Shown one piece after another: positions 48,434 to 54,493 of a stretch of 54,493 nt of DNA. Source of the stretch: Saprospiraceae bacterium (GTDB taxonomy: Bacteria; Bacteroidota; Bacteroidia; Chitinophagales; Saprospiraceae); contig DATFJT010000075.1 of the NCBI GenBank assembly GCA_035269065.1, positions 1 to 54,493 of the forward strand, read 5' to 3'. The notes beneath the pieces are model-generated. The model was not told where the DNA came from, did no database searches, and was given only the letters and a program-made list of their open reading frames with translations. The translations under genes and the position numbers were made by a program. Numbering within the stretch: the stretch's first letter is position 1; the number at the start of each line of letters is the position of its first letter.

Positions 48434-49138
48434 ATGGAAAAATTGTTGATCATACCCATGCCCCTGGGGCAAAAAGAAAATCACCCTGAAATCAGTCGGG
48501 AAATAATTGAGGCTATACGGAGTTGCGATCTTTTTTTAGCAGAACGGGCCAGGACATTCCGGCGCTTTGTTAAGCCAATTGATCCTGAGACCATTATCCA
48601 GAACCTGCAAGTTGAAGAGTTGCCCAAAAAACCGAATGCCCGAGAAATAAAGGAGGTGTTAAAAAAAACAGGGGATTTTGCTGTAGTTGGACTGGTTTCT
48701 GAGGCCGGAAGCCCCGGCATTGCCGATCCGGGACATTATCTTGTGCGGTATGCTCACCAGAAGGGGATAGAGGTCGTGCCCATTAGCGGACCCTCAAGCA
48801 TCTACCTTGCATTAATGGCTTCTGGTATGAACGGGCAACAATTCTGTTTTCACGGATATTTGCCCAGGCAGGATGGCCCCTGTATCCGACAGATACTCAA
48901 TATGGAAAGGGATTCGAAAAAAACCGGGTATACCCAACTCTTTATGGAAACGCCCTACAGGAACAATCAGCTCTTGGAAAGACTGTTTAAAAACTTAGAT
49001 CCGCAAACCTTGTTGCACATTTCGTGTGAGCTGACAACCTTGAATGGGTTTAGCCGAACGCGAACTGTCCAGAGCTGGCGCAGGCAAAACACCTTGAACT
49101 TGCATAAAAAGCCGTGTATTTTTGCCATAGGAAAATGA
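48434..49138 (+). CDS. tetrapyrrole-methylase-fold SAM-dependent methyltransferase (RsmI-like)
   Basis: [12 protein letters not shown] closely resembles the SDAGTP.ISDPG motif of RsmI. GPSS segment follows. Confidence 0.6.
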   Translation: MEKLLIIPMPLGQKENHPEISREIIEAIRSCDLFLAERARTFRRFVKPIDPETIIQNLQVEELPKKPNAREIKEVLKKTGDFAVVGLVSEAGSPGIADPGHYLVRYAHQKGIEVVPISGPSSIYLALMASGMNGQQFCFHGYLPRQDGPCIRQILNMERDSKKTGYTQLFMETPYRNNQLLERLFKNLDPQTLLHISCELTTLNGFSRTRTVQSWRRQNTLNLHKKPCIFAIGK

Positions 49139-49158
49139 AGGGCCTTCAAAGAGAAAAC

Positions 49159-50157
49159 ATGAAAGCGACTGACGCCAGACAATTAGAAGAATTCGGGTTT
49201 TTGAGAAAGGATGTAGATCCGACCAAGGATCTCGAACGGGAAGTGATCAGACTTAAAGAGGAAAAAAACGCCATTCTTTTGGCACATTATTACCAGGAAA
49301 GTGAAATTCAGGACCTGGCGGATTATGTTGGCGACAGTCTCGGTTTGTCGCAAAAAGCGGCAAGTGCTGATGCGGACATCATTGTTTTTGCTGGCGTCCA
49401 CTTTATGGCAGAAACGGCTAAAATTCTTAATCCAGGAAAAAAAGTACTCTTACCTGACCTTAAAGCTGGTTGCTCACTTGCCGACTCCTGCCCGGCGCCC
49501 GTTTTCAAGAAGTTTAAAGCGCAATATCCGGAACACAAGGTCATCAGCTATATCAACTGCACGGCAGCGCTTAAGACCATGACCGATATTTGTTGCACGA
49601 GCTCGAATGCTGAGATCATCATCAATAGCTTACCGGTGAATGAAAAGATCATATTTGCCCCTGACCGAAACCTGGGTAAGTACCTCATGAAAAAAACAGA
49701 CCGAGATATGATCTTGTGGAATGGCTCTTGTATGGTGCATGAAATTTTCTCACAGGAAAAAATAACCAAGCTGAAACATCAGTATCCCGAGGCTTTGCTG
49801 ATTGCCCATCCCGAATGCGAGGACCACTTGCTGGAAAATGCTGACTTCATTGGTTCCACAAGCCAACTTATACAATACAGTGTAAGCAGCGAGGCATCGC
49901 AATTTATAGTTGCGACAGAGGCTGGTATATTGCATGAGATGAGAAAACAGGCCCCGGAGAAGGAATTCATTCCGGCTCCTCCCCAGAACAATTGCGCTTG
50001 TAACGAATGTCCACATATGAGAAGGAACACCCTCGAAAAGCTATATTTGTGTCTGGAATACGAACTACCCGAAATACATCTCGATGACAAAATAATTGAA
50101 GAAAGCAGGAGTTGTATAGATCGAATGTTGGAAATATCTGCCCGGGCAGGATTGTAA
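49159..50157 (+). CDS. nadA: quinolinate synthase
   Basis: [23 protein letters not shown], and Cys ligands spread over three pseudo-repeats. Start chosen at the ATG at 49159, though 49135 is also possible. Confidence 0.93.
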   Translation: MKATDARQLEEFGFLRKDVDPTKDLEREVIRLKEEKNAILLAHYYQESEIQDLADYVGDSLGLSQKAASADADIIVFAGVHFMAETAKILNPGKKVLLPDLKAGCSLADSCPAPVFKKFKAQYPEHKVISYINCTAALKTMTDICCTSSNAEIIINSLPVNEKIIFAPDRNLGKYLMKKTDRDMILWNGSCMVHEIFSQEKITKLKHQYPEALLIAHPECEDHLLENADFIGSTSQLIQYSVSSEASQFIVATEAGILHEMRKQAPEKEFIPAPPQNNCACNECPHMRRNTLEKLYLCLEYELPEIHLDDKIIEESRSCIDRMLEISARAGL

Positions 50158-50184
50158 ACCATTCTCAAGTTCAAGAAGAACCTT

Positions 50185-51039
50185 ATGAAATGCAATAAAA
50201 TAAAGCGCGTCCTGTATGCCGTGGTGTTTGCCATTTTTGCTCTGACGGCATCTTTCAACGCGGGAGCACAAGATCAACTGGGTTGGGAAGTTGGGGCCTG
50301 GGGTGGAGTTTCTCATTACTTTGGAGATTTGAATACCAGTTACAGCATTACGGATCTCAACCCCGCCGGAGGTATAATGGCCAGGTACAACTTCAATAAG
50401 CGCATCTGCCTGAAATTTTCCGGCAATTACACTCAGATTGAGGCGTATGATAGTGATTCAGACAATATTTTTGAGATACAGAGAAACCTGGGTTTTCAAA
50501 GTGAAATAGTAGATGGTACTGCCCAGCTTGAGTTTAATTTTCTGCCATATGAGCACGGTAGCTACGACGAGTGGTTTACGCCATACATGTTTGCCGGTTT
50601 CAGCTTCTTTTATTACAATCCTACAGCAGAGTTGGATGGCGAGACTTATGAGTTGCGGAACATGGGTACAGAGGGCCAGTTCAGAGGAGAGGAGTATAGA
50701 ACAACAGATGTCGCCTTCACATTTGGCGGAGGGTTTAAGTTCGACATCAATTACCGCTGGAGTGTCAATATTGAGTTGAGTTCACGAGCGGTAGGCACGG
50801 ATTATCTGGACGACGTCAGTGGCACTTATCCGGACATGGAGGATGTCGAAAACCTGAGAGGTATCGAGGCTGTTCTGCTCAGTGATCGCTCCAGGGAGGT
50901 CGTAGGTGATGTGAATGCCATCGGCGAAGAAGGCAGACAGCGAGGCAATGGCAAAGACAACGATATTTACGCTACGCTTGGCATTGGGCTTGTTTATTAC
51001 TTTGGCAAGATACGGTGCCCGGCTTTTTTCAGGTATTGA
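50185..51039 (+). CDS. outer-membrane beta-barrel protein (porin-like, DUF-type)
   Basis: Signal peptide (AIFALTASFNAGAQ), alternating beta-strand pattern, and a terminal aromatic residue (FFRY). Confidence 0.5.
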   Translation: MKCNKIKRVLYAVVFAIFALTASFNAGAQDQLGWEVGAWGGVSHYFGDLNTSYSITDLNPAGGIMARYNFNKRICLKFSGNYTQIEAYDSDSDNIFEIQRNLGFQSEIVDGTAQLEFNFLPYEHGSYDEWFTPYMFAGFSFFYYNPTAELDGETYELRNMGTEGQFRGEEYRTTDVAFTFGGGFKFDINYRWSVNIELSSRAVGTDYLDDVSGTYPDMEDVENLRGIEAVLLSDRSREVVGDVNAIGEEGRQRGNGKDNDIYATLGIGLVYYFGKIRCPAFFRY

Positions 51040-51060
51040 TCTCAATTAGAATTCTGGTGT

Positions 51061-51471
51061 ATGATCTGGCAGAAAGAAATTGTATTGCCTGCACGTGGTA
51101 ACGGGATGCACGACATTGGTCCAGAAATTATTCATGTCTTGCCCAAGGATATCGATCAAGGTATCCTGTTTCTGCATTTATTGCACACCTCTGCCGCATT
51201 GACTGTGAATGAAAATTATGACCCCGACGTACTACGTGACATGCAACTCTACCTGGAACGCTTAGCACCTCAACAACTCGAAGGAATCAGACATACCCTG
51301 GAGGGACCGGACGATATGCCGGCTCATGTAAAATCAAGCTTGTTTGGTATGCACCTCAGCCTGCCATTAAAAAACGGGCAGTTGGTTTTGGGACAATGGC
51401 AGGGTGTATTTTTGTGTGAATTCAGAACACAAGTAAGGTCCAGAAGCCTTTTTCTAAGTATATTATATTAA
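51061..51471 (+). CDS. YjbQ/UPF0047-family protein (secondary thiamine-phosphate synthase fold)
   Basis: HTSA(A)LT(V)NEN..P.V..D and GP.DMPAH.K.S..G motifs typical of the family. Confidence 0.8.
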   Translation: MIWQKEIVLPARGNGMHDIGPEIIHVLPKDIDQGILFLHLLHTSAALTVNENYDPDVLRDMQLYLERLAPQQLEGIRHTLEGPDDMPAHVKSSLFGMHLSLPLKNGQLVLGQWQGVFLCEFRTQVRSRSLFLSILY

Positions 51472-51482
51472 AAATTCGAACC

Positions 51483-52157
51483 ATGATGAAAGCAGGTATT
51501 TTGTTTTTTAGTCTTTTCATTTCTATCCCTTTGCTGCAGGCCCAGGAAATATTTGAAGCAGACCGTCCTATGAGTCTTGGTCTTAAACCGGCTCAGGTAA
51601 TGCCTCTGCCTTTAAATGATGTTCGCAGTATTGAAAAAATGTGGGACGACTACATGAAAGAACAGGGATTAAAGCTCAAGCGTAACCGCAAAGCTGATGA
51701 GTACTACGTAACTGAAGCAGAACTCCTCAATATTGGCCAGGGAGAGCAATTTGAATTGTACTCCAGGGTAGAAGAAAAACAGGAGAAGGCCGAACTGTCT
51801 GTATGGATTCACCTGAAAGAGGGGTTTCTCTCGGAATCTGAATTCCCGGAGTCCACACAAGCACTGCGGGAACTACTCCTGCCTTTCGAGAAATTGGTGC
51901 GCATTGAGAAAGTTCAGCGTGCGCTGGAAGAAGAAGAAGACAGGCTCAAGGACCTGGATAAAGACCTGGAAAGCCTGATTTCTGATAAAGAGAAGTACGA
52001 ACAAAATATCGAACAAGCGAGAAAAGAGATCGAGGAAAACGAGAAAAATATTGAAAAAAACCTGACGGAACAGGAGGCTATGAATAAGAAAATAGAAGAG
52101 CAGAAAGCGGTCATAAAGAAAACACAGACGCGCATAGATAACATTAAAGCGGAATGA
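51483..52157 (+). CDS. exported coiled-coil protein, unknown function
   Basis: Signal peptide (FFSLFISIPLLQAQ). The C-terminal ~90 aa are strongly heptad-like and Glu/Lys-rich. Confidence 0.55.
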   Translation: MMKAGILFFSLFISIPLLQAQEIFEADRPMSLGLKPAQVMPLPLNDVRSIEKMWDDYMKEQGLKLKRNRKADEYYVTEAELLNIGQGEQFELYSRVEEKQEKAELSVWIHLKEGFLSESEFPESTQALRELLLPFEKLVRIEKVQRALEEEEDRLKDLDKDLESLISDKEKYEQNIEQARKEIEENEKNIEKNLTEQEAMNKKIEEQKAVIKKTQTRIDNIKAE

Positions 52158-52161
52158 GCCC

Positions 52162-53079
52162 ATGCAGCAAGCGCTCTTACTGAAGCAGTTTGACCGGCAT
52201 CTAAGCCTGGAGAAAGGACTCAGCCCAAACTCTGTTGATGCCTATTTATCTGATGTAAGGCAACTTTTTCGCTTTCTGAATAACGTGGGAGTTCAAAGTT
52301 TGAGGTCTTTAAACCACGTCCAACTGGAACAATTTCGATCTGCTTTGCATGAGCTGGGGTTAAGTGCCAATACCGAATCGCGTATGGTTTCTTCCATCCG
52401 GGCATTCTTTCGGTTTTTACTGTTGGAAAAAATCATCGATGAGGATCCCTCTAGTAAGCTTGTACATCCCCGAAAGCAGAGAAAAGTTCCGGAGATTCTC
52501 ACCACGGAGGAAATCGAACGCATGCTGGAGGCATCTCTGGGCATGACCTCTGACGTGGTTGTTAATAAACGCAACCATGCGATGATAGAGTGGCTCTATG
52601 CCACAGGTACTCGTGTTTCTGAACTGATTCAGCTTCAAAAAACGCACCTTCACCTGGAGGATCAATACATTCGCGTTCGAGGTAAAGGCAACAAGGAACG
52701 CCTGGTACCCATCCATGAAAATGCCATTGATGCACTACAAACTTACTGGAGGGAAATGTGGGAGAGACAACCCTCTTCCAGGGAGAAGGAACTTGTCTTT
52801 CTGAACCGCAGGTTGAAAGGTATTAGTCGAAATATGGTGTACATGATGCTCAACCAGTGCGCCGAAAGAGCCGGAGTTGACAAGAAAACGGGACCCCATA
52901 TTTTTCGCCATTCCTTTGCAAGCCATTTGATTGAACGAGGTGCTGATATTCGCGTAGTGCAGGAGTTGCTGGGACATGCCTCCATTCTTACAACAGAAAT
53001 ATATACCCATTTTGAAATGAAGGCCCTTCGGCATACCTTGCAACATTGCCATCCTGTTTATATAACAGAAGATTTTTAA
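52162..53079 (+). CDS. xerD: tyrosine site-specific recombinase XerD
   Basis: N-terminal SAM-like core-binding domain (..LSPNSVDAYLSDV..F). Catalytic ATGTRVSEL (R), HIFRHSFASHL (H-R), and LLGHASILTTEIYTH (H-Y). Confidence 0.85.
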   Translation: MQQALLLKQFDRHLSLEKGLSPNSVDAYLSDVRQLFRFLNNVGVQSLRSLNHVQLEQFRSALHELGLSANTESRMVSSIRAFFRFLLLEKIIDEDPSSKLVHPRKQRKVPEILTTEEIERMLEASLGMTSDVVVNKRNHAMIEWLYATGTRVSELIQLQKTHLHLEDQYIRVRGKGNKERLVPIHENAIDALQTYWREMWERQPSSREKELVFLNRRLKGISRNMVYMMLNQCAERAGVDKKTGPHIFRHSFASHLIERGADIRVVQELLGHASILTTEIYTHFEMKALRHTLQHCHPVYITEDF

Positions 53080-53083
53080 TGAC

Positions 53084-54493
53084 ATGTTGAAAGCCCTGTC
53101 TCTTCTTATGTTTCTGTGCCTGTTACTGGCATGTGCGACACCTTCTTCACCGGAGGGTGGACCAAGAGATACGACGCCTCCTTCTTTATTAATAGAAGAG
53201 TCTTCCGCCTCTCTTCAAACCAATGTCGAGTCGAGGTCCTGGTATTTTGAATTTGACGAATTCGTCAAGCTCGACAATCCGGCACAGAATATTCTGGTGT
53301 CTCCTCCGCTAACTTACCCTTTGGAGGCCAGAGTTTACGGAAAGAAAGTCAAGGTGGAGCTGGATAGCCGGGAAGAACTCCAGGAAAATACGACTTACAT
53401 TATCAACTTTGGACATACCATCAAAGACATTACCGAGGGAAATAGTGCGACCGGATTGCAACATATTTTCTCTACAGGCCCTGTTATTGATTCCTTAAGT
53501 GTCCGAGGACGCATTATACACGCTTACGACGGAGAAGCCGTGAGTGAGGCCGCCATATTGATCTACGATAATTTACGCGACAGTGCATTCTTGCTGGAGA
53601 AACCGTTGTACATAAGTTTTCCTGACAGCTCAGGATACTTTGAGCTCAACTATTTGAGGAGTGACAGCTTCCGCCTATACGCGCTTAAAGATGAGAATGC
53701 CAATCTTAGATATGATGGTCCACCAGAAGCCATGGCCTTCTATCCGGGTATTTTTATTTTAGATAGCGCTATGGTCATTGACACCTCTCTTATTCTATTC
53801 GAAGAGGAGAGTACACCTCGGTTGGAAGACTACGAATTTGCCACTGGTTTACTGACTATGACGTGGTCACAAGCTTTCCTGGATACCCCGGTTATTAATT
53901 TCAGTGGTTTGAACACGGAGCATCGGGAAATAGAACAGAAAGAAATGAGAGAGTGGTACGCGGGAGAGCCTGATAACAACATAGAGTTGTACATCATGGG
54001 GACGGAAGAAATAGATACGATTAAATTACGCTATACGAAGAGCCAGGACAAAGAGCGGGATCAGAAGTTTACCCAGGCGAGCAAGATATCAGCAGACCCT
54101 GAAGCGGCAGTCGAGATTCCATTACAGGTGCCAGTAGTGTCTTATGAGGAGGATTCTGTTTTCTTTTTACATGATACCCTCATTATACCGGCGGGAAAGA
54201 TGGCACTAACTTCTCCATTCTCTTTGGAAATAGATTTGCCGGACAAGGTGTTTGAGAAAGGAGGTATTCTCATTTTGGACAATGGCGCCCTTGAAGAATT
54301 CCGAGGCACCAAATCGGACTCGACCAATATCATCATCAGTCCTTTCGATAAAGAAGAACTGGGTAATCTTTTTTTAAGTGTAGACACATTAAATCCGGAC
54401 ATTCAATACATTGTAGACCTTAGAAAGAAGGACAGTGACTGGACGAAACGAAAAATTGTAAGGGGCTTGAGTATTCATAGAGACAGTTTCTTC
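53084..54493 (+). CDS. Ig-like-domain lipoprotein, N-terminal 470 aa (runs off the window)
   Basis: ATG at 53084. I translated the frame by hand and found no stop to the window end, which is why it is absent from the ORF track. Lipoprotein signal LLLACATPSSPEGGPRDTTPP, the start I associate with SbsA-Ig-like Bacteroidota lipoproteins. Confidence 0.65.
   Translation, partial: MLKALSLLMFLCLLLACATPSSPEGGPRDTTPPSLLIEESSASLQTNVESRSWYFEFDEFVKLDNPAQNILVSPPLTYPLEARVYGKKVKVELDSREELQENTTYIINFGHTIKDITEGNSATGLQHIFSTGPVIDSLSVRGRIIHAYDGEAVSEAAILIYDNLRDSAFLLEKPLYISFPDSSGYFELNYLRSDSFRLYALKDENANLRYDGPPEAMAFYPGIFILDSAMVIDTSLILFEEESTPRLEDYEFATGLLTMTWSQAFLDTPVINFSGLNTEHREIEQKEMREWYAGEPDNNIELYIMGTEEIDTIKLRYTKSQDKERDQKFTQASKISADPEAAVEIPLQVPVVSYEEDSVFFLHDTLIIPAGKMALTSPFSLEIDLPDKVFEKGGILILDNGALEEFRGTKSDSTNIIISPFDKEELGNLFLSVDTLNPDIQYIVDLRKKDSDWTKRKIVRGLSIHRDSFF

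Noticed and set aside
43822-53079. Possible genomic island integrated at tRNA-Asn, with the tyrosine recombinase at 52162 as its integrase
   Set aside because: The genes between them are core housekeeping (aroQ, recQ, kpsF, scpA, nadA). I saw no direct repeat of the tRNA 3' end. The recombinase has XerD-type features rather than phage-integrase features.

Overview
This is a 54.5-kb chromosomal segment, most likely from a member of the Bacteroidota. The evidence for that is the gldE-gldD gliding genes behind mutY-ssb, proteins with T9SS type A and type B C-terminal sorting domains, and TAnnTTTG-type -7 boxes. I call about 53 tightly packed CDS and one tRNA-Asn(GTT). I saw no rRNA, CRISPR array, transposase, phage gene or recognisable defence gene.

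The content is largely housekeeping: secA, nadK, dtd, heme A synthase, rodA, tgt, an lptF/G-type permease, mutY, ssb, recA, dnaB, pckA, mgsA, rlmN, aroQ, recQ, kpsF-like, scpA, nadA and xerD.

The most interesting signals are non-coding:
- Two copies of a perfect 16-bp palindrome, TGTTCCACGTGGAACA, at 868-883 and 906-921. It is one base from the classical parS centromere consensus.
- A visibly AT-rich 470-bp divergent intergenic region (16871-17340) with a cluster of DnaA-box-like 9-mers, including one perfect TTATCCACA. It sits at a local switch in gene orientation, so it is a candidate oriC.
- A second cluster of same-strand TTTTCCAC repeats just upstream of dnaB (32295-32529).

Secondary points are a MerR regulator with a CarH-like Wx9EH / ExH B12-photoreceptor signature directly downstream of recA, an alkyltransferase-like (PAHR instead of PCHR) protein, and a six-gene translationally coupled operon headed by a GAF-PP2C phosphatase.

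I did not find a convincing novel multi-gene system such as a defence island or mobile element. All motif matches were made by eye without database searches.
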